NCBI GenBank assembly: GCA_963827755.1
Contig: CAWHCQ010000014.1
Location: 32,001-96,000, forward strand
Direction: 5' to 3'
DNA: 64,000 nt
Source of the DNA: an uncultured Gammaproteobacteria bacterium
Lineage (GTDB): Bacteria > Pseudomonadota > Gammaproteobacteria > UBA9214
Shown here: piece after piece, positions 13,701 through 24,456 of the stretch
Layout of the letters: each line of letters starts with the position of its first letter
Numbering within the stretch: the first letter of the stretch is position 1
Translations under genes and position numbers: made by a program
Notes under the pieces: model-generated
The model's input: the letters and a program-made list of their open reading frames with translations, nothing else
Database searches by the model: none
What the model was told of the DNA's origin: nothing

Positions 13701-16619
13701 GACCGACACGCCGACGGCGAGTGAGGCCACCAAGTCGATCACTTCTGCGCTGACGCTGAGTGCAGCGCAGCAGGCCGCGATCGAGAATGCCTTCAGCATC
13801 AGTGCGGCGGCAGGCAATACCAACAACGGCACCATCAACTGGGATTACACCATCACCGAGGCCGAGCTCGACTTCCTCGCCGCCGGCGAGACGGTCACGG
13901 CCGTGTTCACCATTACCGTCGATGACGGCAACGGCGGCACCGACACTCAGGATGTGACGGTCACCATCACCGGTGCCAACGACGCGCCGGTCATCGCCGT
14001 CGTCGATGTGACAGGCAGTATCATCGAGGGCAGCACGCTGAATGATGCCGGTTCGATCACCTTTACCGATCTCGACCTGACGCGATACGCCGACGGCCAC
14101 CGAGGTCGACCAAGTCCGTGACCACGACACTGACCCTGACGGCGGCACAGCAGGCCGCGATCGAAGACGCCTTCAGCATCAGTGCGGCGGCAGGCAATGC
14201 CAACAACGGCACCATCAACTGGGATTACACCATCACCGAGGCCGAGCTTGACTTCCTCGCCGCGGGCGAGACGGTGACCGTTGTCTACACGATCACCGTC
14301 GATGACGGCAATGGCGGTACCGACAGCCAGGATGTGACAGTCACCATCACCGGCAGCTAATGACGCACCGGTCATCGCGGTCGTCGATGTGGCAGGCAGT
14401 CAATCACCGAGGGCAGCACGCTGAGTGATGCCGGTTCGATCACCTTTACCGATCTCGACCTGACCGATACGCCAACGGCGACCGAGGTCACCAAGTCCGT
14501 GACCACCACGTTGACGCTGACCGCGGCCCAGCAGGCCGCAATCGAGGATGCCTTCACCCTCAGTGCGGATGCCGGCAATACCAACAACGGCACGATCAAC
14601 TGGGATTACACCATTACCGAGGCCGAGCTCGACTTCCTCGCCGCGGGCGAGACGGTCACGGTGGTCTACACCATCACCGTCGATGACGGCAACGGCGGCA
14701 CCGACACCCGGGATGTGACGATTAATATCCTCGGCAGCAACGACACGCCGATTGTCAGCAATGTCAACGCCAACGCTGTAGAAGACGGGGCGACCGTCAA
14801 TGGAAGCTTCGTGGTCACTGATGTCGATGCCACCGACACGCATAGCTTTGATATCACCGGCAGCCCGGCTGAAGGCTCGGTGATAAACAATAATGACGGC
14901 ACCTTTAGCTTCGATCCTGGCACCGATTTCCAGGATCTTGCCCTCGGTGAGACCCGTGATGTGACGTTTACCTACACATCGACCGATGACAGCGGCGCGG
15001 GCAATGCCACCAGCACCGCTGCCACGGTTACAGTGACGGTCACGGGCACCAACGATCAGCCGACGGTGAGCGATGTCGGGATCAATGCGATCGAGGACGG
15101 AGCAACCGTGACCGGCAGCTTTGTGGTCGGTGATGTCGATACCACCGATATGCATAGCTTTGATATTACGAGTGCATTGAGCGAAGGGTCGGTCATCAAC
15201 AATAACGATGGGACCTTTACCTTCAATCCCGGTGCTGACTTCCAGGATCTTGCCATCGGCGAGACGCGCGATGTCAGCTTTAGCTATACGACAACGGATG
15301 ACAGCGGCGCGGCCAACGATACCAGCACGGCCGCGACAGTTACCATCACGGTAACGGGCACGAACGATGCACCGACCGCGGCGAGTAACACGCTCACCAC
15401 GCTCGAAGACGTGGCCCATGTATTCACGGCGGCCGACTTCAACTTTAGTGACATCGACGGCGATTCGCTCGCCGGCGTCGAGATCACCAGCCTGGAATCT
15501 GCAGGCAGCCTGCAACTGAACAGTGTGGATGTCATCCTGAACCAGCTGGTCAGCAAGGCCGACATCGATGCCGGCAGGTTGAGATTTATACCGGCGGCCA
15601 ATGCCAACGGCGCCGCTTATGACAGTTTTGGCTTCAAGGTATTTGACGGAACCGATTACAGCGCCGCTGATTACACGATGGCGCTTGATGTCACGGCGGT
15701 GAACGATACCCCGGTGGGCCTGCCGAAAATAACCGGGCTCGTCGAAGAAACCCGGACCCTGACGGCGGACACCTCCGGTATCAGTGATGTCGAGGGCCTG
15801 GGGGCATTCAGTTATCAGTGGTACCGGAATGACGCTGCGATCAGCGGTGCGACCTCTGACACATACACCCTGGGCACAGTGGATGTAGGCTTTGTCATCA
15901 AGGTGAAGGTGAGTTACACGGACGGGGCGGGCACCGATGAGAGCGCGACCAGTGAAGGTGTCGGCCCGGTCGGCGGTTTACCCGCCGGAAGTGGCACTGG
16001 TATTCCGGATATCGAGGTTACATCCGATCCAACATTACCGGACCCGGTTACTGATATACCTGACCAGAAAATCATTGAACCCGGAACTCTAATCCTGGGT
16101 GAGACTTATACAGGTGCGGGTGCTGATGAAGGCTTTAGAGCCTACCAGGTCGATCCTTATGAAATCCCCGACTATGACCGGGAGTTGTATTCGGATGCGC
16201 CAGGGACATCCGGCTTCCTGAAATTTGCCGTCAGGCCAATCATCCAGGCAGGCACGGATATAACCGAAGAATTGCTGCAGTTATTTGACCTGGTGCGGAT
16301 CGAGATAAACGAAGTCGATGAACGGTCAGCCAGGACGTACCTGGTATCAGCCGGCAGTGTCGTCATGTCGCTGTCACTGGGGGTAGTCGCCTGGGTGATA
16401 CAGGGCGGCTCTATCGCGGCCAGTATGCTGTCTTCGGTGACGGCCTTGAAGGGCCTGGACCCGATGCCGTTTATTGATAATTGCAAGAAGCGTGGTAACA
16501 GGAAAACCGTGGATGCCAGCGATGGCGACCAGCAGCTTGACGAAATGTTTGATGGCAAAATGGATGCAGAGGAAACGAAGTCTGTTGACACGCCATCCGG
16601 GGAAAAGGACGTATCATGA
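1..16619 (+). CDS. Giant repetitive surface protein/adhesin (Ig/cadherin/VCBS-like repeats, LamG domain); 5' end outside window; many apparent frameshifts
   Basis: Consecutive + strand ORFs (95..1630 to 14499..16619) join across small insertions into one protein with repeating (T/V)ITGANDAPVI...DGNGGTDTQDV motifs; stop at 16619 overlaps the next ATG. Confidence 0.88.
6625..7260 (+). other. LamG/concanavalin A-like domain within adhesin
   Basis: LDFDGIDDYV...TMEAWIK...EWTHIAVAYD...YVNG...FDGQIDEVRIWNTARTQAEI...GYWNFNEGSG. Confidence 0.85.
7918..14738 (+). repeat. Tandem 378-bp coding repeat array 2 (about 18 units)
   Basis: Same 126-aa unit repeated at about 378-379 bp spacing. Confidence 0.95.
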
Positions 16620-19507
16620 GAAAATTATTTCCAGCAATGCGCGTGAGCCTCAGTCTGATTATGGCGGTGGTTTCGATTATCCTGCTTTCCGATCTGCTCG
16701 GTATCATTCCGGATGGTTCAGAGGCTGTCATCGACAGCAGAAAGAAAATCGCCGAGACGCTGGCCGTCCAGTATTCACTGGCAGCACGCAGGAATGACTA
16801 TGATTCGATCGAGTCCAGCATGAGGATGCTGGTGGAGCGTAATGCAGAAGTGGAATCTGCCGCCCTGCGCACTGCTGACGGCAGGATCGAGGCGGTAGTC
16901 GGCGAACATGAAGGATTCTGGGATAGAGGAGCGGGTGACAAGTCAACACCAACCCAGCTACAGGTCCCTATTTACACGAATGCAACGCTGAAGCAGAAAT
17001 GGGGTAGTGTTGAGTTGCGGTTTACCCCCGCCAGCAAGCTTGATATTTTCGGCATCGCCATCAGTCCATTTGTATTAATGACCGTCTTTATCGGTGTGGT
17101 CGGGTTCCTTGTTTTTCTGTTGCTGATCAAGAAAATATTAACCAGCATCGATCCGTCAGCGGTGATTCCATCGCGGGTCAGGAAGGCCCTCGACACCTTG
17201 AACGAAGGTGTTTTGCTGGTCGACAAAAAAGGGCGGATCCTGTTTGCGAACGAGATGTTTACGGCCACGCTGGGTCAGGGTGAGTCCGAGATGCTTGGCA
17301 GAAAGATCGTGGATCTTGGCTGGAAGGGCAATCATGCTGAATTGCCGTGGGTGAATACATTGCAAACCGGCGTCAGTTCGGTTGGACAGAAAATCGGGCT
17401 GGCCCTCGCTGATAAAAGCGAAATCCAGTTCGTCGTCAACAGTGCCGCGGTACTTGATGACAAAGGCAATCAGCAGGGTGCAATGGTGACGTTTGATGAT
17501 GTTACCGAACTTGAATCCAGGAATAATGAGCTGCGTGAAATGGTCTCCAGGCTGAAGGATTCTTCAGAATATATTAACCGCCAGAATGAAGAGCTACGTG
17601 TCCTTGCTACACGTGATCCGCTGACGAATTGTCTGAACCGGCGTACCTTGTTTGATCAGTATGAGGATAATTGTCTGGAGGCTATCAGGAATAACACCGA
17701 CTTTAACTGCATGATGCTTGATATTGATCACTTCAAACATGTAAATGATACCTACGGCCACGCAGCCGGGGATTTGGTGCTCAAGGTTATATCGGTCGCA
17801 ATCAAGGATGTGTTGCGCAGTGATGACGAGGTATTCCGTTATGGTGGTGAGGAATTTTGCATATTGCTGCCGAATGCCGATATCAATTCTGCTACCAGTA
17901 TGGCTGAGCGGGTGCGTGAAAATATTGAGGCACAAATCGTTAATGATGCAATTGAAGGCCGGGAAATTCGCGTAACAGCCAGTATCGGTCTCAGCTCGGT
18001 CAAGTTCGGTGCGGATAATCTGCAGGAACTGATCGAGGCAGCCGATGCTGCTCTTTATGAGTCGAAACGTAAAGGACGTAATCGTGTAACAATCTGGTCA
18101 GCCAGCGTCGATCAGCTCGACGTGGATGCAAATGACGAAACAATAATCGGATCTGATACCCCGTCAGACGAGCACGAGTATGTTGATAAGGTCACGAGAC
18201 TGCCGAACCGTACAGACTTCCGGCGAGAGCTTTCCAGGTTGCTGTTGTATTCACAGCAACATAATGAGTATGCAGCTGTATTGTTGCTTGATCTTGATAT
18301 GTTCAAACGTATCAACAATCTATTCGGCTATACGGCAGGTGATACGGTACTTGAGGCTGTGGCAGAACGACTTGAGAAATCTGTCCGTGTATCAGACTCT
18401 GCTTGCAGAATCAGCAATGGTTTGCTTAAGAACGAGGTGTACGGTCTGGGGGGTGATGAATTCGGAATCCTGCTATCCGGGCTTGAATCGAAGCACGATG
18501 TGTCAACTGTCGTTGAACGTTTGATCGAGTCTCTGTCTTTGCCGGTTAGCGTCAATGACCAGGATGTATTTATGACGTGCAGTATAGGTGTCAGCCAGTT
18601 TCCAACCGATGGTACAGACGCCGATAGCCTGGTCACTTGTGCAAGTGTAGCCATGCAGCAAGCCAAACGTGGCGGCAAAAATTCCTGCCAGTTCTTCCGG
18701 AATGATTTTGTTTCCGTGGTCAGGGATGATTACGAAATCGAGAAGGCGCTGCGTCATGCGCTTCAGAATGACGAATTCGAGCTTTACTTTCAGCCACAGC
18801 TTGATGTGCAGACGCTGCGTATTGATTCAATGGAAGCCTTGATCCGCTGGCAACATCCACAACGCGGCATGATTATGCCGGCAGACTTCATATCGGCAGC
18901 TGAAAAAACAGGACAGATTGTCGATATCGGTAAGTGGGTTATCAATGAGGCCTGCCAGCAAATCAGGAGCTGGCTTGATCTTGGCATTGAATTACCTGTT
19001 GCTATTAATCTGTCTCCTGTGCAGTTCCGTCAGAATGACCTGGTTGAACTGATCAATACAGCGGTTGCTGCGGTAAAGGTCGATCCGAGATTACTTCAGC
19101 TGGAAATTACGGAAAGCACGATCATGGAGGATCTGGAAAGCGCACTGGAGACCATGCAGACCCTGTCCAGGCTGGGCTACAAGATATCGATCGATGATTT
19201 CGGTACGGGTTATTCTTCGCTGGAATACCTGAAGCGTTTCCCTGTTGACAATCTGAAAATCGATCGTGCCTTTATCAAGGATGTTGTTACCGATCCCGGT
19301 GATGCCTCAATCGTGCGTGCCACCATCAGCATGGCGCACGGCATGGGTCTCCAGGTTGTTGCCGAAGGCGTTGAGACAGAAGAACAGTTGTTATTCCTGC
19401 GTAATTTGCGTTGCGATCTGATCCAGGGGTTCCTGCTGGGTGTGCCACTACCGGCAAAGGATGTCATTGCCCTGATCGACGAGGAGCAGTGGCAGACGCA
19501 GGCCTGA
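16616..19507 (+). CDS. Membrane-bound PAS-GGDEF-GGDEF-EAL c-di-GMP synthase/phosphodiesterase
   Basis: Two TM segments, PAS, coiled coil, RDPLT...RYGGEEF, second domain ...LGGDEF, then EALIRW, DDFGTGYSSL, KIDRAF and VAEGVE. Confidence 0.95.
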   Translation: MRKLFPAMRVSLSLIMAVVSIILLSDLLGIIPDGSEAVIDSRKKIAETLAVQYSLAARRNDYDSIESSMRMLVERNAEVESAALRTADGRIEAVVGEHEGFWDRGAGDKSTPTQLQVPIYTNATLKQKWGSVELRFTPASKLDIFGIAISPFVLMTVFIGVVGFLVFLLLIKKILTSIDPSAVIPSRVRKALDTLNEGVLLVDKKGRILFANEMFTATLGQGESEMLGRKIVDLGWKGNHAELPWVNTLQTGVSSVGQKIGLALADKSEIQFVVNSAAVLDDKGNQQGAMVTFDDVTELESRNNELREMVSRLKDSSEYINRQNEELRVLATRDPLTNCLNRRTLFDQYEDNCLEAIRNNTDFNCMMLDIDHFKHVNDTYGHAAGDLVLKVISVAIKDVLRSDDEVFRYGGEEFCILLPNADINSATSMAERVRENIEAQIVNDAIEGREIRVTASIGLSSVKFGADNLQELIEAADAALYESKRKGRNRVTIWSASVDQLDVDANDETIIGSDTPSDEHEYVDKVTRLPNRTDFRRELSRLLLYSQQHNEYAAVLLLDLDMFKRINNLFGYTAGDTVLEAVAERLEKSVRVSDSACRISNGLLKNEVYGLGGDEFGILLSGLESKHDVSTVVERLIESLSLPVSVNDQDVFMTCSIGVSQFPTDGTDADSLVTCASVAMQQAKRGGKNSCQFFRNDFVSVVRDDYEIEKALRHALQNDEFELYFQPQLDVQTLRIDSMEALIRWQHPQRGMIMPADFISAAEKTGQIVDIGKWVINEACQQIRSWLDLGIELPVAINLSPVQFRQNDLVELINTAVAAVKVDPRLLQLEITESTIMEDLESALETMQTLSRLGYKISIDDFGTGYSSLEYLKRFPVDNLKIDRAFIKDVVTDPGDASIVRATISMAHGMGLQVVAEGVETEEQLLFLRNLRCDLIQGFLLGVPLPAKDVIALIDEEQWQTQA

Positions 19508-19607
19508 TGTCCGGCCATGATTTCGGGATGTTTTGCAGATTGAAGTTATTCGAGCAGGTGTGTTTTGTGTCAACTACTCTGGAATTGTTTTCAGAAGGAT
19601 AAAGATC

Positions 19608-20072
19608 ATGAAGTATTCTCATGACAGCGGAATTCTCGACAATTTCAGTCTGGAAACCATTGATACGGCTCAACGTGATCGTGTCGGCTCTTCATACGCC
19701 ATCGAGCTCCGTCGTTGCCCGCGGGTGGATACCTGGTTCAAGGCGCATATGACCTCGGATTATGGCAGGATCGATGGCTTTGTCAGCAACCTGTCACGCA
19801 GCGGCTTGTGTTTTGAAGCCGGCAGCGAACTGCCTGATCTTTTCATGACAGGCAATGGACAGCATGCAAGCCAGGCTTCAAGTATCGTTGAAATCAGTTT
19901 CGATCTACCCATACAAAATGCCGGATGTAGACCGCTTATCGTACAGGCAAGGACCGTTTATGTTATTCAAGGCGACGAGGGCAGGTACAGGTGCGGTGCA
20001 GAATTCAGATTCTTGACCGAAGGCGAGGAGGCGCTTGAAAATTACCTTCGTGACAGGGGTGCAGGGAAATAA
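19608..20072 (+). CDS. PilZ-domain protein
   Basis: RRCPR (RxxxR) and NLSRSG (D/NxSxxG) motifs, C-terminal GAEF; ATG at 19608 after AGGAT. Confidence 0.8.
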   Translation: MKYSHDSGILDNFSLETIDTAQRDRVGSSYAIELRRCPRVDTWFKAHMTSDYGRIDGFVSNLSRSGLCFEAGSELPDLFMTGNGQHASQASSIVEISFDLPIQNAGCRPLIVQARTVYVIQGDEGRYRCGAEFRFLTEGEEALENYLRDRGAGK

Positions 20073-20134
20073 ATGCTTTTCGAGTCAAGACAAAACCCTT
20101 CCACCGGGCAAATCGACATTGACTGATATTGTAT

Positions 20135-23100
20135 TCAGACTCCGCGCTGTTTCCAGAGCAGGAACACGGCCGGGATAACGACCAGTGTCAGCAGTGTTGC
20201 ACTGACCATGCCGCCCACCATGGGTGCTGCAATACGCCGCATCACCTCGGACCCGGTACCGCCGCCAAGCATGATCGGCAGCAGGCCGGCTATGATGGCC
20301 GCTACCGTCATCATGATGGGGCGCACCCGCAGAAGGGCGCCGTCGATAACCGCGTTACGCACGTCGACTGTCGTCAGTGCACGTTGAGCGCGTTTCGCAC
20401 GATCACGATGCTGTTGCAGGGCCAGATTCAGGTACACCAGCATCACCACGCCGATCTCGATCGCAACCCCGGCCAGGGCGATAAAGCCTACGCCAACGGC
20501 GACAGAGAGGTTGTAACCCAGCAGGTACAGTAGCCAGAAACCGCCCACCAGTGCGAGTGGCAAAGTACACATGATGATGAGCACCTCGGTCAGCGTGCGA
20601 AAGTTCATGTACAAAAGCAGCACGATAATGACCAGAGTAACCGGCACAACCAGTGCCAGCCGCTCCTTTGCGCGCACCATATATTCGTACTGCCCGGACC
20701 ATGCAATCGAATAACCGGCCGGCAGTTCCACCTGTTCGCTGACCACTTTCTGTGCCTCGACGACATAGGAGCCGAGGTCGCGGCCTTCGATGTCGATATA
20801 GGTCCAGCCATTGAGCCGGGCATTTTCCGTCTTGATGAGTCCGGGTCCTGGATCGATACGCAGCTCGGCAACCTCGGCCAGCGGGATGCGTGCCCCGGTG
20901 GGGGTAACAATCGGCAGGTTGCGCAGCTTTTCCAGTGAGTCGCGAACATCTCGCGGATAGCGGATATTGATCGGGTAGCGTTCCAGTCCCTCGACGCTTT
21001 GCGCGACGCGCATGCCGCCGAGCGCGGTACGCACGACCTCCTGCACGTCTGCAATATTGAGCGCAAAGCGCGCGGCAGCCTGGCGGTCGATATCGACGTT
21101 CACATAGCGTCCGCCTGCAACGCGTTCGGAATACACGGATACGGTTCCCGGAATCGGCTTGAGGACCTCCTCGATACGCTTGCCGATGGCCTGGATTTCA
21201 TCAAGGTCCGGTCCGGCAACCTTGACGCCGACCGGGGTCTTGATCCCGGTGGCCTGCATGTCAATGCGGTTCTTGATCGGCATGACCCAGGTATTGGTCA
21301 GGCCGGGAAACCGGATCAGCTTGTTCATTTCCTGTTTCAGTGTTTCCATGGTGACACCCGGGCGCCATTCATCGCGCGGCCTTAACTTGATCGTGGTTTC
21401 GATCATGGTGAGAGGGGCCGGGTCAGTGGCAGTCTCGGCGCGGCCGACCTTGCCGAATACGCGTTCAACCTCCGGGACAGTGCGAATCAGTTTGTCCGTC
21501 TGTTGCAGCAACTCCTGCGCCTTGCCGATTGAAATCCCCGGGAAGGTGCTTGGCATGTAGAGCAGATCGCCTTCATCCAGGTCCGGCATGAATTCAGATC
21601 CCAGTTGTGACAACGGCCAGATGCCGACCAGCACCAGCACCAGTGCGATACCCAGCACGGTCTTCGGTGCCTTCAGCACCAGCTGGATGAAAGGCCGGTA
21701 CCCGGCAACCAGGACGTGATTGATCGGGTTCTTGTTCTCGGGCGTGATATGTCCACGGATGAAATAGCCCATCAGGACCGGTACCAGGGTAATGGACAGG
21801 ATCGCGGCACCGGCCATGGCAAAGGTCTTGGTAAAGGCCAGTGGCGCAAACAGGCGGCCTTCCTGGGCCTCGAGGGTAAACACCGGCAGAAAACTCAGGG
21901 TGATGATCAGCAGCGAGAAGAACAGCGGCGGGCCAACCTCCGTCGCGGCCTGGCGAATGATCTGCCAGCGGTTGTCATCGGTGGCCGTGGTTTTTTCCAT
22001 GTGCTTGTGCACGTTCTCGATCATGACGATGGCTGCATCGACCATGGCGCCGATGGCGATGGCGATACCACCCAGTGACATAATATTGGCATTGATGCCG
22101 ATGCGTTCCATGATGATGAAGGCGATAAGGATACCAAGCGGCAGTGACAGGACGATCACCATTGCCGAGCGCAGGTGAAACAGGAACAGGGCGCAGACCA
22201 GCGCGACAACGATGAATTCTTCCAGCAACTTGCGATTGAGCGTTTCCACGGCACGTCCAATCAATGCAGAGCGGTCGTAGGTCTCGACGATCTCCACGCC
22301 CTCGGGCAAGCCGTTTTTCAACTCCGCGAGTTTTTCCCTGACACCTTCGATGGTACGCAGGGCGTTTTCGCCAAAGCGCATGACAACCACGCCGCCAACG
22401 ACTTCACCTTCGCCATCGAGTTCGGCGATACCACGGCGCAGTTGTGGCCCCAGGCGTATATCTGCAACATCGTCCAGCAGTATGGGAGTACCGCGCTCAT
22501 TCACCCCCAGCGGGATATGGCGCAGGTCATCGATTTCGTCGACGTAGCCGGTTGCACGGACCATGTACTCGGCTTCCGCCATTTCGATCACCGATCCGCC
22601 GGTCTCCTGGTTACCGCGCATGATAGCGAGTTTGATCTTTGCCAGTGGCAGGTCGTAGGCCCTTAACTTGTTCGGGTCGAGCACCACCTGGTATTGCTTG
22701 ACCATGCCGCCGATGGTGGCGACCTCGGATACACCATGCACCGTTTGCAGTTCGTATTTCAGAAACCAGTCCTGCAGGCTGCGCAGTTGCGACAGGTCGT
22801 GCCGGCCACTGCGGTCGACCAGTGCATATTCATAGACCCAGCCGACGCCGGTGGCATCCGGGCCCAGTTCCGGGCGTGCCTCGGCCGGCAGTTTGTTGCT
22901 CACCTGGCTGAGGTATTCCAGTACCCGTGAGCGTGCCCAGTAGAGATCGGTGCCATCCTCGAAGATGACGTACACATAGGAATCGCCGAAGAAGGAGTAG
23001 CCGCGTACATTGACTGCCCGCGGGACGGACAGCATGGCTGTAGTCAGAGGGTAGGTGACCTGGTCCTCGATGACCTGTGGCGCCTGCCCGGGATAGCTTG

Positions 23101-23251
23101 TCTTGATAATGACCTGAACATCGGACAGGTCCGGAATCGCATCCAGCGGCGTATTCTTCACGGCATAAATACCCCAGCCGGTGAGGATTACGCCAAGCAG
23201 GATAACCATGAAGCGGTTACGCGTCGACCAGTCGATGATGAATGCAATCAT
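20135..23251 (-). CDS. cusA: CusA-type heavy-metal RND efflux permease
   Basis: [25 protein letters not shown], Met-containing motifs [24 protein letters not shown]. Confidence 0.95.
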   Translation of the reverse strand: MIAFIIDWSTRNRFMVILLGVILTGWGIYAVKNTPLDAIPDLSDVQVIIKTSYPGQAPQVIEDQVTYPLTTAMLSVPRAVNVRGYSFFGDSYVYVIFEDGTDLYWARSRVLEYLSQVSNKLPAEARPELGPDATGVGWVYEYALVDRSGRHDLSQLRSLQDWFLKYELQTVHGVSEVATIGGMVKQYQVVLDPNKLRAYDLPLAKIKLAIMRGNQETGGSVIEMAEAEYMVRATGYVDEIDDLRHIPLGVNERGTPILLDDVADIRLGPQLRRGIAELDGEGEVVGGVVVMRFGENALRTIEGVREKLAELKNGLPEGVEIVETYDRSALIGRAVETLNRKLLEEFIVVALVCALFLFHLRSAMVIVLSLPLGILIAFIIMERIGINANIMSLGGIAIAIGAMVDAAIVMIENVHKHMEKTTATDDNRWQIIRQAATEVGPPLFFSLLIITLSFLPVFTLEAQEGRLFAPLAFTKTFAMAGAAILSITLVPVLMGYFIRGHITPENKNPINHVLVAGYRPFIQLVLKAPKTVLGIALVLVLVGIWPLSQLGSEFMPDLDEGDLLYMPSTFPGISIGKAQELLQQTDKLIRTVPEVERVFGKVGRAETATDPAPLTMIETTIKLRPRDEWRPGVTMETLKQEMNKLIRFPGLTNTWVMPIKNRIDMQATGIKTPVGVKVAGPDLDEIQAIGKRIEEVLKPIPGTVSVYSERVAGGRYVNVDIDRQAAARFALNIADVQEVVRTALGGMRVAQSVEGLERYPINIRYPRDVRDSLEKLRNLPIVTPTGARIPLAEVAELRIDPGPGLIKTENARLNGWTYIDIEGRDLGSYVVEAQKVVSEQVELPAGYSIAWSGQYEYMVRAKERLALVVPVTLVIIVLLLYMNFRTLTEVLIIMCTLPLALVGGFWLLYLLGYNLSVAVGVGFIALAGVAIEIGVVMLVYLNLALQQHRDRAKRAQRALTTVDVRNAVIDGALLRVRPIMMTVAAIIAGLLPIMLGGGTGSEVMRRIAAPMVGGMVSATLLTLVVIPAVFLLWKQRGV

Positions 23252-24456
23252 GGTTGCGTGTCCTGCTTGTCTGTTACAGGTGGACTCATGCGCATTATGC
23301 TTGCCCTGAGGCTGGCCTCGGAGTCGATGAGGAACTGTCCGGAGACGACGATAGACTCGCCGGCATCCACCCCTTCAAGAATCTCCACCCAGTTACCGCT
23401 TTCGATGCCGGCACGTACCTTGCGCGCCTCGAAACGTCCGTTACCGCGATCGATGATGACGCGCTCCTCGCGCCCGGTGCGGATCAGTGCCTCGAGCGGA
23501 ATCACAATGACGTCATTTTTCGGCCCGCCGTAGATTTTGATATTGGCGTACATGTTGGGCTTGAGTGCTTCATCCGGATTGGGAAAGCGCAGGCGTGCTT
23601 TCAGCGTGCGGGTCTTCGGGTCGAGGCTCGGATAAATATATTCCACTTTGCCTTCCCAGGTGCGCCCCGGTAAAAAAGCCAGGCTGACCTCGGCGCTTTG
23701 ACCGACCTTGACCCAGTCGGCCTGGCGTTCAAAGACCTCGGCCAGCAGCCACACGCTGGACAGGTCTGCGAGACTCATGACCGTGGTGGCGGGTTTGATG
23801 TACATGCCTTCACGTACACTGAGTGATGCGACCACGCCATCCTGTGGCGCATAGACCGGTATCGTCTGGCTGGCTTTTCTGTCTTTTTCCAGTTGCCTGA
23901 TCTGGCTGTCCGGTATGCCGAGTGCGTCAAGCCGGCTGCGCGATGCGCGCACCAGTCCCTTGTTGCCGAGATTCAGTGCCTGCACGAATTCTTCCTGGGC
24001 ATTGACCAGCTCCGGTGAATAGACGTTAAACAGACGCTGGCCACGGTTGACACGTTCACCCTCGGACTCAACGGCGAGATCCTCGATCCAGCCCTCGGTG
24101 CGCAGGTGGATATGACTGACCCTTGATTCGTCGTAATCGACGTAGCCCACGGTATCGATGCCGCGCCACAGGCGGGAGCGTTCGGCGACGGCGGTGCGCA
24201 CGCCGAGGTTCTGCACCACTTCCGGCGCAATGGTGACGCCATTGCCGTCACCGCCGCTATCATCGGCATACACCGGCACCAGCTCCATGCCCATGGGGGA
24301 TTTGCCCGGCTTGTCGCGCCGGTAGTTGGCATCCATGGGCGCGACCCAGTAGAGGATTTTGCGATCGCTGTCTTCTGCCGGTATGGCAGGCAAGGGGGCC
24401 AGTAACAGGACAAACAGGCAAGCGCTGATCCAGGTGTTGGAATTGAATGTGTTCAT
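23248..24456 (-). CDS. cusB: CusB-type RND periplasmic adaptor
   Basis: YWVAPMD...[12 protein letters not shown] metal-binding domain, [22 protein letters not shown]. Confidence 0.92.
   Translation of the reverse strand: MNTFNSNTWISACLFVLLLAPLPAIPAEDSDRKILYWVAPMDANYRRDKPGKSPMGMELVPVYADDSGGDGNGVTIAPEVVQNLGVRTAVAERSRLWRGIDTVGYVDYDESRVSHIHLRTEGWIEDLAVESEGERVNRGQRLFNVYSPELVNAQEEFVQALNLGNKGLVRASRSRLDALGIPDSQIRQLEKDRKASQTIPVYAPQDGVVASLSVREGMYIKPATTVMSLADLSSVWLLAEVFERQADWVKVGQSAEVSLAFLPGRTWEGKVEYIYPSLDPKTRTLKARLRFPNPDEALKPNMYANIKIYGGPKNDVIVIPLEALIRTGREERVIIDRGNGRFEARKVRAGIESGNWVEILEGVDAGESIVVSGQFLIDSEASLRASIMRMSPPVTDKQDTQP

Noticed and set aside
1600-14410. Programmed frameshifting or phase variation in the adhesin
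   Set aside because: The shifts are not at homopolymer or slippery tracts and look like merged repeat alleles; similar insertions hit unrelated genes.
1-14738. Repeat array as CRISPR or non-coding satellite
   Set aside because: Units are 378 bp (a multiple of 3), have no spacers, encode a coherent domain and vary mostly at synonymous positions.
100-15607. Recurrent minus-strand 103-aa ORFs (MMVPLLVLP...)
   Set aside because: Antisense shadows of the coding repeat; their recurrence is explained by the repeat itself.
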